Source: an uncultured Gammaproteobacteria bacterium (GTDB lineage: Bacteria > Patescibacteriota > Microgenomatia > UBA1406 > HO2-37-13b). Taken from it: a DNA stretch of 64,000 bases. A model generated the notes under the pieces. It saw nothing but the letters and a program-made list of their open reading frames with translations. It searched no databases and was not told the origin of the DNA. Location: the NCBI GenBank assembly GCA_964422025.1, contig CAYQYZ010000006.1, positions 4,157 to 68,156 of the forward strand, read 5' to 3'. A program made the translations under genes and the position numbers. Shown piece after piece: positions 17,611-27,580 of this stretch (the first letter of the stretch is position 1; the number at the start of each line of letters is the position of its first letter).

Positions 17611-18189
17611 ATGAATAGCGAAGAACTAGTACAAAAAATCAGAAAGTTTTTCCGATTAAACAAGCGATTGCCGTCGTATCAAGAAATGGCAACTCTGTTT
17701 GGTTTTGCATCTAAAAATGCTGCATTCAAGCTGGCGCAGAAGTTAATCGACGAAGGATTCTTGGAAAAAGATTCTGCCGGTAAACTAATTCCAAAGCGAT
17801 TATTTGCACCGCTTCCAAACACGGGAATTATTCAAGCGGGATTTCCATCGGCAGCAACCGAGGAATTGAATGATTTAGTATCAATCGACGAGTATCTGAT
17901 CGCAAAACCTGAAAATACATTTATGTTAACGGTTTCCGGAGACTCGATGATCGATGCTGGTATTCACCCCGGCGACATTGTACTCGTTGAGCGCGGAAAG
18001 AATGCAAAAAATGATCAAATCGTAGTTGCATGTGTCGATGGGGAATGGACATTGAAGTATTATCAAAAAAAAGGGGACAGTGTGTGGTTGAATCCAGCAA
18101 ACAAAAATTACCCACCCATCTATCCACAAAATAATTTAGAAATTGCAGGAATTGTTGTTTCAGTGATTAGAAAATATAAATACAATTAA
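17611..18189 (+). CDS. lexA: LexA repressor (S24 peptidase)
   Basis: N-terminal winged-helix region plus VSGDSMIDAGIHPGDIVLVERG...WTLKYY (Ser/Lys dyad domain). The track start at 17590 is a GTG inside the repeat element, so the ATG at 17611 is preferred. Confidence 0.85.
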   Translation: MNSEELVQKIRKFFRLNKRLPSYQEMATLFGFASKNAAFKLAQKLIDEGFLEKDSAGKLIPKRLFAPLPNTGIIQAGFPSAATEELNDLVSIDEYLIAKPENTFMLTVSGDSMIDAGIHPGDIVLVERGKNAKNDQIVVACVDGEWTLKYYQKKGDSVWLNPANKNYPPIYPQNNLEIAGIVVSVIRKYKYN

Positions 18190-18190
18190 T

Positions 18191-18385
18191 ATGAAAAAAT
18201 TCATTTTTACTATTCAAAATACATATAGAGCAGTCAAGTTACTTTCTAACCCACGTATTGCGACGCTTATTGAAAAAGAGCTGTATCCTCTCAAAAGAGT
18301 GTCGTCCGTAGTAGCGGTCACGCCTCACGTAGGGAAGGGGAGTATTTTACCCCACAAGCACTACATGGTTCAAATTTTGAACTAA
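18191..18385 (+). CDS. Hypothetical small protein
   Basis: 64-aa ORF starting 2 nt after the lexA stop. No recognisable motif. Confidence 0.3.
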   Translation: MKKFIFTIQNTYRAVKLLSNPRIATLIEKELYPLKRVSSVVAVTPHVGKGSILPHKHYMVQILN

Positions 18386-18408
18386 AATATGGTAAAATTG
18401 TTGACACC

Positions 18409-18479
18409 GCGGGATTAGTTGAGCGGTTCAACACCTCCCTTCCAAGGAGGAAAGACGGGTTCGACTCCCGTATCCCGCT
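18409..18479 (+). tRNA. tRNA-Gly (anticodon UCC)
   Basis: Hand fold: acceptor gcgggat/atcccgc, D stem gttg/caac, anticodon stem cctcc/ggagg with loop cTTCCaa, T arm acggg-ttcgact-cccgt. Confidence 0.85.
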
Positions 18480-18482
18480 CCC

Positions 18483-18956
18483 ATGCAACCTCTTCGACAG
18501 ACAACCCTATGTTTTTTAATTCGTAATGATGAAGTTTTGCTGGCAATGAAAAAGCGAGGATTTGGTGTTAATAAGTGGAATGGAGTTGGTGGAAAACCGA
18601 ATAAAGGCGAAGACATAAAACAAGCAGCTATCCGAGAGACACAGGAAGAAATCGAGGTAATCGTAAAGGATATTGAAGCCTGCGCAGTGCTTAATTTTTA
18701 TTTCATTGACCATCCTGAATGGAATCAGCAAACAATAGTGTATTTTGCACAAAGTTGGAAAGGAGCTCCCACAGAAACCGACGAAATGAGACCCGCGTGG
18801 TTTAAAAAAAATGAATTACCTTTAAACGATATGTGGCCAGTAGATAGACATTGGCTCCCGGTGGTTTTAGGAGGAGAGAAAATAAAAGCAGAATGTTTGT
18901 TGGATGAAAATGGTGAGGTTCTAGATTTTACAATAGAAATAGTTGATAAACTTTAA
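18483..18956 (+). CDS. NUDIX hydrolase (MutT-like)
   Basis: Nudix box GGKPNKGEDIKQAAIRETQEEIEV (G-x5-E-x7-REUxEExGU pattern). Confidence 0.85.
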   Translation: MQPLRQTTLCFLIRNDEVLLAMKKRGFGVNKWNGVGGKPNKGEDIKQAAIRETQEEIEVIVKDIEACAVLNFYFIDHPEWNQQTIVYFAQSWKGAPTETDEMRPAWFKKNELPLNDMWPVDRHWLPVVLGGEKIKAECLLDENGEVLDFTIEIVDKL

Positions 18957-18962
18957 GTGTGA

Positions 18963-19628
18963 TTATAGCTCAACAGGCACCGGAATCTGCTCTTGCGGTT
19001 TAGGAGGAAGGATTCCAAGTGTAACCATGCTTTCATACGCCTCCTGTGCGGTGGCTCCTAAAAAAAGCGGCTCCTTTCCTGGAAGAAGTAAATCGAATCG
19101 TCGATAATTTTCAGGCGGTATCTCTTGAGCAACCTCAAAATCAAGCCTAGTTTTTTCAAGACTCGGTCTTATATTATCAATTTTGAATCCGTTTGTAGTT
19201 ACTCGAGGATCTCCCAGATACATCGGATCGGGTATGCCAACCTCTACTCTAAGGAGCGGGCTACCTGCCTGAATCTTATACGTTTCTAATTTTTGTGCTC
19301 TAATCAGTCCCGCCATTGCACTAGGATTGTTGGTAAGATTTGGTCTTCCATTAGGTGAAGGGGTAAAAGGACCTCTAAATCCTTGTTGATTATCCTCAAA
19401 GCCAAAAATTCTCTCAGGAACCGTCACGTGCCACAATGCGCCCCCTGGTATACGGTTATATTTTCTAACATAGGCGTACCACATATTGAGCAGAAGGAAA
19501 TATTCTCTCTTTGGAAGACGGCGCGGGTTGCCAACTCTTGGATCGGAAATGTTAACAAAGGGAAAAGGAGAGAATTCTGTTATATCTTCTATCTGGGGTT
19601 GACTATAGGGTTTTCTTTCGCCTGACAT
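18963..19628 (-). CDS. Hypothetical protein
   Basis: 221-aa ORF that packs tightly with its neighbours. No family recognised. Confidence 0.5.
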   Translation of the reverse strand: MSGERKPYSQPQIEDITEFSPFPFVNISDPRVGNPRRLPKREYFLLLNMWYAYVRKYNRIPGGALWHVTVPERIFGFEDNQQGFRGPFTPSPNGRPNLTNNPSAMAGLIRAQKLETYKIQAGSPLLRVEVGIPDPMYLGDPRVTTNGFKIDNIRPSLEKTRLDFEVAQEIPPENYRRFDLLLPGKEPLFLGATAQEAYESMVTLGILPPKPQEQIPVPVEL

Positions 19629-19704
19629 ATATAAGGTCGTATTAGCTAATATGACGATACATTATATCATTTCCGACCGTAGTAATCTAGCTATAGGATA
19701 GAAA

Positions 19705-20616
19705 TCAGGATTTGCGAAGGAAGGATCTTTTCACCCTCATCATGGCCCCAAGACCGAGGAGTAACACCCCAACTCCAACAAAAAAGTTCAAAATAGGAAT
19801 AAGCATGGCTAATTCGATAATAAGTAGTCCTACGGCGAAATTCAAATAGGTCCTTTCACTGTTTAACGTAAATCGCTCGTTAACATAATCTCCGACCGCA
19901 ATTGCGACGAAAATCTTCGCCAAATAAAGCTCGATAGCAAATATCACTCCCAATATAAGTGCGAGCGGAATGCCGATGAGAGTAGCCATAATTGCAAAGA
20001 GTGCAAGTGGAATTAAGAATAATGCGACGAATCCGGCAAAGATACTGTTATTAGTTTGTGTGCTAATTTCATGAACAACACTTTTTACTACTGGCTTGAG
20101 ATATCGAAGCATTGTTATTCCAACCACACTTGCTGCTAAAAATGACCATATCGAAAAGCCTCCGCCAAATGACTCTTGATTTGCGCTGGAATCACTGGGC
20201 TCAGGTTTAAATACGTGTGACTTTCCTGCTACTTTTGTATCATCTGAAACAGTAATTTCGCCTCCTGCTACCGATAGATTCCTGCCTATTTTCGCCTGCG
20301 AAATAGTGACTTGCCCACCAGCTGCACGAACGCTATTTTCTACCGTACCTTTAATCGTTACTTCACCTCCAGCAACCAGAACATCTCCCTTAACCAGTCC
20401 ATTAATAAATACTTCGCCTCCGGCAGCATATACATCGCCATTAACCGTTCCTAAAATTTCAACCTCGCCACCTGAAATAAATAAGTCATCGCTAATCGTT
20501 TGATTTTTAGAAATAACAGCATGGTCCTCTGAAATAGTTGCCGCACTTGTGATAGTAGGGGAGAGTAAGAGTACCGTCGTGATAGCGAAACTAATGATAA
20601 GATTGCGGAAATTCAT
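19705..20616 (-). CDS. Membrane protein with N-terminal bactofilin-like (polymer-forming cytoskeletal, beta-helix) repeats and a polytopic C-terminus
   Basis: Signal peptide. Repeats GDVYAAGGEVFINGLVKGDVLVAGGEVTIKGTVENSVRAAGGQVTI.. are followed by about 4 TM helices. Confidence 0.55.
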   Translation of the reverse strand: MNFRNLIISFAITTVLLLSPTITSAATISEDHAVISKNQTISDDLFISGGEVEILGTVNGDVYAAGGEVFINGLVKGDVLVAGGEVTIKGTVENSVRAAGGQVTISQAKIGRNLSVAGGEITVSDDTKVAGKSHVFKPEPSDSSANQESFGGGFSIWSFLAASVVGITMLRYLKPVVKSVVHEISTQTNNSIFAGFVALFLIPLALFAIMATLIGIPLALILGVIFAIELYLAKIFVAIAVGDYVNERFTLNSERTYLNFAVGLLIIELAMLIPILNFFVGVGVLLLGLGAMMRVKRSFLRKS

Positions 20617-20623
20617 ACGTATA

Positions 20624-21511
20624 TTATATCAAAATTTGTGGGTTTTGACTTTTGCTTTGGGCTACGTCTAATAATAACGGAATATCATCCACATCGAGCA
20701 CTCTTAATGGATTTCCTAATTGAGGATCAATCTCAAAATCCTCATGAGAATGCCCGTAAACGTTTTGTTCAAAAACGTTAACTACCGCATTTCGTATTCG
20801 CGGATCGGGAAAATGTTGAACGAGCGTATTATTTGTAAATCCAATCATTTGTTCTAAAGTAAGACCAAGGCTTCCATTAGTTTCCTGAATCAACCCAGCA
20901 ATCAATTCCTCATTTTGTCGCGCAGAAAAATAGGCTGACCCTACTTGATCGATTGTCTGTACAAGGGTCCAAAAAGGTCTATTGACAAATTGATTTTGAC
21001 CGAACTTTGTCTGCTCGATAATATGTTCTGCTAAAGTTGCGATAAGGGCTTTTTGAGCGTGTTCACCTAGAGTTTCATCTACAAATTGCTTACAAATCAA
21101 TTTACCTCGTTCTTCGGCGCCCACACTTCGATACACATCAGCTAAAACTAGCTCGCCATTCGAACTGATCGGCTCATCAGCAGTTATATTTCCTAAATCA
21201 TGACACGCAAAAGCCGCTCTGAATGCCTGGCGAAGTACTGCAGGATCAGAAATATGTTGATCGGGATTCTGTTGATTCCACTGATCCATTTGAGCGCTAA
21301 TTTCAAAAAGGTCGTTCTTCTGCAAAGAATCAAACACCGCATCAACTGTTTCAAGCGCAGCCGCAATGTGAAATTGATTATGATAACTCGGCTTATTCCA
21401 ATCTTGATCAAACAAAGTATGCGCGTAAAGAGACCGGGCAACTATCTTATCAACACTTGATGTAAGCTCTTGATATGGATCTTTGAGCATTTCAGTTTCA
21501 TCATCTGCCAT
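20624..21511 (-). CDS. Hypothetical protein (possible HD-domain hydrolase)
   Basis: 295 aa. The H...HD pattern (NQFHIAAALE ... FACHDLGN) is suggestive only. Confidence 0.45.
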   Translation of the reverse strand: MADDETEMLKDPYQELTSSVDKIVARSLYAHTLFDQDWNKPSYHNQFHIAAALETVDAVFDSLQKNDLFEISAQMDQWNQQNPDQHISDPAVLRQAFRAAFACHDLGNITADEPISSNGELVLADVYRSVGAEERGKLICKQFVDETLGEHAQKALIATLAEHIIEQTKFGQNQFVNRPFWTLVQTIDQVGSAYFSARQNEELIAGLIQETNGSLGLTLEQMIGFTNNTLVQHFPDPRIRNAVVNVFEQNVYGHSHEDFEIDPQLGNPLRVLDVDDIPLLLDVAQSKSQNPQILI

Positions 21512-21514
21512 ATA

Positions 21515-23604
<2,090 letters not shown>

Positions 23605-23607
23605 ACG

Positions 23608-24507
23608 TTATGTAGAACTTTTCTGTTTATGAAAGTAAACGAGCAGCTCGGCAACAATACCTGTCATAATAATCTGAATCCCAACAATGACAAATACAAG
23701 TCCGTAAATAAACGCAGGGCGACGATACAGCAAATGTCCAAAGAAGATTCGGTCGATAAGCAGGTATCCGGAGATGATTGATCCGACCGAGAGCAAAACG
23801 CCGCCAATAAATCCAAAGAAGTGTAGCGGTTTTTCGGCAAATCGATAAATAAAGTAGGCAGTTATTATATCGGCAAACACTGTGAATCGTCGAAAAAATC
23901 CAAATTTAGAACTTCCGTGTAGTCGGGGATTGTGATCTACAACAACTTCTGTCGTTTTGAATCCTTTTTTTTCGGCTACGATTGGCAAAAAGCGGAAATT
24001 ATCGCCGTACAGAAAAATCTCTTCTAAAACAGAAGCTCGCATTGCCTTATACCCACAATTAATATCATGGTATTTGGAGCCTAGAATGTGTTTCAAAATA
24101 ATTGCATTTCCGATTTTGGAAGGAAGCGTTTTAATTAAGCCATCGCGGCGCTTTTTTCGCCAACCATTTACTAAGTCATACCCTTCATGTATTTTATTGA
24201 GAAATTTAGGAAGATCAGCAGGATCATCTTGCAAATCCGCGTCCATAAATACAACAATATCACCTTTAGCCTTTTTTATTCCCGTCTTTAAAGCCTGACC
24301 TTTCCCAAACTTTTTTCGGTGTTGTTCGAGTCGAATATTAGAAGCATTTTTTTGGAGTGTTTTAATTACATCGACTGATCCGTCAAACGATCCATCATCA
24401 ACATAAACAATCTCATACTCTTTACCTTTAAGCGTTGCGGCAATCCGCAGCGTAAGCTCTTCTAAATTTTCTTCTTCGTTATGAAAGGGGATTATGATTG
24501 AAATCAT
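23608..24507 (-). CDS. Family 2 glycosyltransferase (polyprenol-phosphate sugar transferase-like, with C-terminal TM helices)
   Basis: IIIPFHNEEENL, VDDGSFDGS, MDADLQDDP (DxD), and two C-terminal TM helices. Confidence 0.85.
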   Translation of the reverse strand: MISIIIPFHNEEENLEELTLRIAATLKGKEYEIVYVDDGSFDGSVDVIKTLQKNASNIRLEQHRKKFGKGQALKTGIKKAKGDIVVFMDADLQDDPADLPKFLNKIHEGYDLVNGWRKKRRDGLIKTLPSKIGNAIILKHILGSKYHDINCGYKAMRASVLEEIFLYGDNFRFLPIVAEKKGFKTTEVVVDHNPRLHGSSKFGFFRRFTVFADIITAYFIYRFAEKPLHFFGFIGGVLLSVGSIISGYLLIDRIFFGHLLYRRPAFIYGLVFVIVGIQIIMTGIVAELLVYFHKQKSST

Positions 24508-24509
24508 GA

Positions 24510-25934
24510 TTAATTTTTTTTGTAAACTTCAAATGAACCCTGCTGCTCGATACGAGTAAAACTCGGGTCATTCAGTAATTGTTCATACGCTTGTCGTGAC
24601 TCTTTCGGGTCAAACCAGTCATTAAGAACTTCTTGTTTCAATAGTACCACATAGTCCGCCTCGGTGTACTTTAATGAGAAAGGAATCATAACTTTTCGAT
24701 TAGTAAATTTAGTAGCAACTCCTAAACTCGCACTCACAATAATATCTTCATTTTCTAGTTTTTCTGCCCATGAATTTATTACAAAAAGTTCCGGTTTTAC
24801 TTGCGAAAAAATACGTTCGTCGTACTGCTTCGAATAGGGAAGTGGACTCCTATAGTAACTAAATAGAAGTGTTAAAACTATTTGAACAGTTAGTAAGTAT
24901 TTGTACGATGCATTAAACTTTGTATGCATGTATAAAATTCCATGAATCGCACTAATAAATATCACTGGCGTTAATACTGCTGTGTAATGAAAGATGATGC
25001 TTTGCATGTTGGAACTACTACTTAAAACGTTAATTGCAAGTTCGGGTGCAAGAATAAGAACGACCGGAGAAAGCAGTGAAAGAAATAGTAGTGGTCCGAA
25101 AAGAGAGATGAAATAAGAGAGCGAGGAGTCGTTAAAAATTGATTGAATTATTTTAACAGGGTCGCTTAAGTCGCCATAGCGATTAAGCGCAAAATGCTGT
25201 GCTTGACGGAAATAGGGGATAATGAGCCATATTGAAGCGGCAAACCATGCGCCGCTCGTTATAAAAAATGCAATTCCCAATCTTTTTAGTCCACTAATGT
25301 TTTTTACCTCGGGGAAGAGAATTTTTCCTTTAAAAAATATCAAAAGTCCTAGTAACTCCAACACCAGGGCGGTTTGCTCCTTTGCAAACAAAATTAAAAC
25401 AAAGCAGAGCGTTGCCCATGCAAACTTTCCTCTCATCAACGCATAATAGAGAGCTAATATGAGCGTTGTTGCAAACGTTACCATGTGAAAATCGTAGGTA
25501 TTCGCCCACTGCAAAGCCGGGTACATAAGATACATGAATGAATAGGCGAGAGCCACATATTTTCTCTTCGTCAGCTGCAACGCTATCAAATACACAAAAA
25601 TCGCTCCTAACCCCAAAACAATCGTTTGCGTGACTAAGAGAGTTTCGGGGCCTGAATGAAGTATGTAGAGTGGAGCGAGCCCTGCAAGCAAAATATCATT
25701 GTGAATTGCCATGCGCTTAATAGTTGCTGATCCTTCCGGATCAGTCAGTTCTAAAATACGGCCCCGTGACGTGTTGTACACTGTCTGATCCATAATTCCC
25801 AAGTCGTAGTAATTGGCATGCAATGAATTAAACCGATGGAGCGTAAAAAACGAAAACCAGGCGATATAAATAATTATGAATAATCCTAAAAGAAGTTCAA
25901 ATTTGTGCTGTTTTACAAGTCCACGCATGCTCAA
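24510..25934 (-). CDS. DUF2079-like polytopic membrane protein (putative glycosyltransferase-C type)
   Basis: YDLGIMDQTVYNTSRGRIL near the N-terminus, more than 10 TM helices, and adjacency to the GT2 gene. Family assignment is from memory. Confidence 0.55.
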   Translation of the reverse strand: MSMRGLVKQHKFELLLGLFIIIYIAWFSFFTLHRFNSLHANYYDLGIMDQTVYNTSRGRILELTDPEGSATIKRMAIHNDILLAGLAPLYILHSGPETLLVTQTIVLGLGAIFVYLIALQLTKRKYVALAYSFMYLMYPALQWANTYDFHMVTFATTLILALYYALMRGKFAWATLCFVLILFAKEQTALVLELLGLLIFFKGKILFPEVKNISGLKRLGIAFFITSGAWFAASIWLIIPYFRQAQHFALNRYGDLSDPVKIIQSIFNDSSLSYFISLFGPLLFLSLLSPVVLILAPELAINVLSSSSNMQSIIFHYTAVLTPVIFISAIHGILYMHTKFNASYKYLLTVQIVLTLLFSYYRSPLPYSKQYDERIFSQVKPELFVINSWAEKLENEDIIVSASLGVATKFTNRKVMIPFSLKYTEADYVVLLKQEVLNDWFDPKESRQAYEQLLNDPSFTRIEQQGSFEVYKKN

Positions 25935-25943
25935 TTATACCAT

Positions 25944-26885
25944 TCATTTGTTTCCTGAATGAAATTTCTTGTGAACTTCGCGCAACCCAAAGTTTGTTAC
26001 GTGAGTGTAAATCTGAGTAGTAGCGATATTTTTATGCCCTAACATTTCTTGTACCGAGCGGATATCAGCGCCGTGTTGAAGTAAATCAGTAGCAAACGAA
26101 TGTCGCAATACATGGGGCCCTATGCGAAAGAGAATTCCCGCTAATAGTCGATACTTATCTACCAGTCGCTCAATCGAACGTGGGGTCAGACGCGATTTTT
26201 CATCGGTTAGCTCGTCACTGGCTTTAGGGCCACTGTATCGAATAAACAAGGGCTTATACGGATCATCGCGAGCTTCCATATACTGTCGCAACCTGTCAGT
26301 AGCACTGTCTGAAAGAAAAACAACTCGTGCGTGACCTCCTTTTCCAACTACGCCAAATTCACCTTCTGTTAAATTCACCATATCTCGATCAAGTCCAGCA
26401 AGCTCCGACACGCGTAAACCTGTTGAAAACAATACTTCAAGAATTGCTCTGTCGCGCAGTCCCATGGTGGTACTTACATCGGGAGCACTCAGTAATTTTC
26501 CCACTTGTTCATCGGACAAGAATTTAACGGTGCGGTCACCCATTTTTCCCAGTTCAATTTGCTCAGGGGAAAGGACCTTATGATTTTTCTTAATTAAGAA
26601 TCGGAAAAAAGACCGCAAAGCAACTAAAAAATAATTTTGTGTTTGGCGCTTCAGTTCACCTTTAAATGGGTTAAAGTATTCACGCGACAGGTACAGGCGA
26701 AATTTCCGAATCGTCTCTTCATCAATATCAGTGACATTCCATTCTTGACCATCCTTATGCATCCAATCTTGAAAGAAGCGGAGGTAATAGGAATACATCC
26801 GAACCGTTTTTTGAGAAAGATTTTTATCCAGTTCGCAATATTCCAAGAATCGATCAATTCCTTCTTTGAGCTGCATATATTTCAT
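25944..26885 (-). CDS. Tyrosine recombinase (XerC/XerD-like integrase family)
   Basis: C-terminal RHSFATDLLQHGADIRSVQEMLGHKNIATTQIYTHV (R..H-x2-R..Y) and an N-terminal SAM-like domain. The likely start is MKYMQLKEG (ATG 26885 or 26876). Confidence 0.85.
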   Translation of the reverse strand: MKYMQLKEGIDRFLEYCELDKNLSQKTVRMYSYYLRFFQDWMHKDGQEWNVTDIDEETIRKFRLYLSREYFNPFKGELKRQTQNYFLVALRSFFRFLIKKNHKVLSPEQIELGKMGDRTVKFLSDEQVGKLLSAPDVSTTMGLRDRAILEVLFSTGLRVSELAGLDRDMVNLTEGEFGVVGKGGHARVVFLSDSATDRLRQYMEARDDPYKPLFIRYSGPKASDELTDEKSRLTPRSIERLVDKYRLLAGILFRIGPHVLRHSFATDLLQHGADIRSVQEMLGHKNIATTQIYTHVTNFGLREVHKKFHSGNK

Positions 26886-26942
26886 ATTAAACGACGTGAC
26901 AAAAATAGTCAACACTTTGACAATGAGTGGTATAATGGAGGC

Positions 26943-27323
26943 ATGAAGAGGGGCGACGTGAAAAGAAATCTTTTTACCGAATTTCGGGGAACTAGTTTGT
27001 TGCAAAATTTATTAACCGCAGAAGATATATATCGGTCATTCGATCGTGGACTTGTAACTACAGACGAAGCAAGTCGACTTATTGATGAACAAGTTTTAAA
27101 TGGCGTAAGTACTCAAGATAGAATTTTGCTTGATGGTGACCCAAACGATTTTGAAAGTAACGGAACAAATGACCCCACGTTGTTGCGAATTCTCCGAAAA
27201 GAATTGACTGAAGGAATTAGTTTACGAGAGCAGGTAAGAAATTCGGCTGATGAATTCCAATTTTCACGTCTGAGTTTTGACAAAAACAACGGCAGCAGTT
27301 CTAGAAACGGAAAAGAGAGATAG
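26943..27323 (+). CDS. Hypothetical protein (126 aa)
   Basis: This is the 3' part of track ORF 26637..27323. The ATG at 26943 is preceded by TGgTATAAT (26931-26936). The upstream part of the track ORF is antisense to the recombinase. Confidence 0.45.
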   Translation: MKRGDVKRNLFTEFRGTSLLQNLLTAEDIYRSFDRGLVTTDEASRLIDEQVLNGVSTQDRILLDGDPNDFESNGTNDPTLLRILRKELTEGISLREQVRNSADEFQFSRLSFDKNNGSSSRNGKER

Positions 27324-27330
27324 GTGAATA

Positions 27331-27415
27331 GGAGAGGTCGCATAGCGGCCGAGTGCGCACGCTTGGAAAGCGTGTAAGGGTCAAACCTTCGAGGGTTCGA
27401 ATCCCTCCCTCTCCG
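27331..27415 (+). tRNA. tRNA-Ser (anticodon GGA)
   Basis: Acceptor ggagagg/cctctcc, discriminator G, anticodon stem cacgc/gcgtg with loop ttGGAaa, long variable arm, T arm gaggg-ttcgaat-ccctc. Confidence 0.85.
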
Positions 27416-27446
27416 CCCGACAGACCCACGCAATAAATACGCACAA

Positions 27447-27534
27447 GGAGAGGTCGCATAGTGGTCTAGTGCAGCGGTTTACTAAACCGCCGTATCGCAA
27501 GATACCGCGAGTTCAAATCTCGCCCTCTCCGCCA
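27447..27534 (+). tRNA. tRNA-Ser-like type II tRNA with anticodon ACU (unusual), CCA encoded
   Basis: Acceptor ggagagg/cctctcc and discriminator G are identical to the neighbouring tRNA-Ser. Anticodon stem gcggt/accgc with loop ttACTaa, variable arm gtatc-gcaa-gatac, T arm gcgag-ttcaaat-ctcgc. Confidence 0.7.
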
Positions 27535-27580
27535 CCTGTTTTAGCTTCCAAACTAACCCATAGTATGGTATACTTGTACA

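Noticed and set aside
26637-26942. 5' two-thirds of track ORF 26637..27323
   Set aside because: It is antisense to the tyrosine recombinase coding region. Only the part from ATG 26943, which has its own -10 box, is plausible as a gene.
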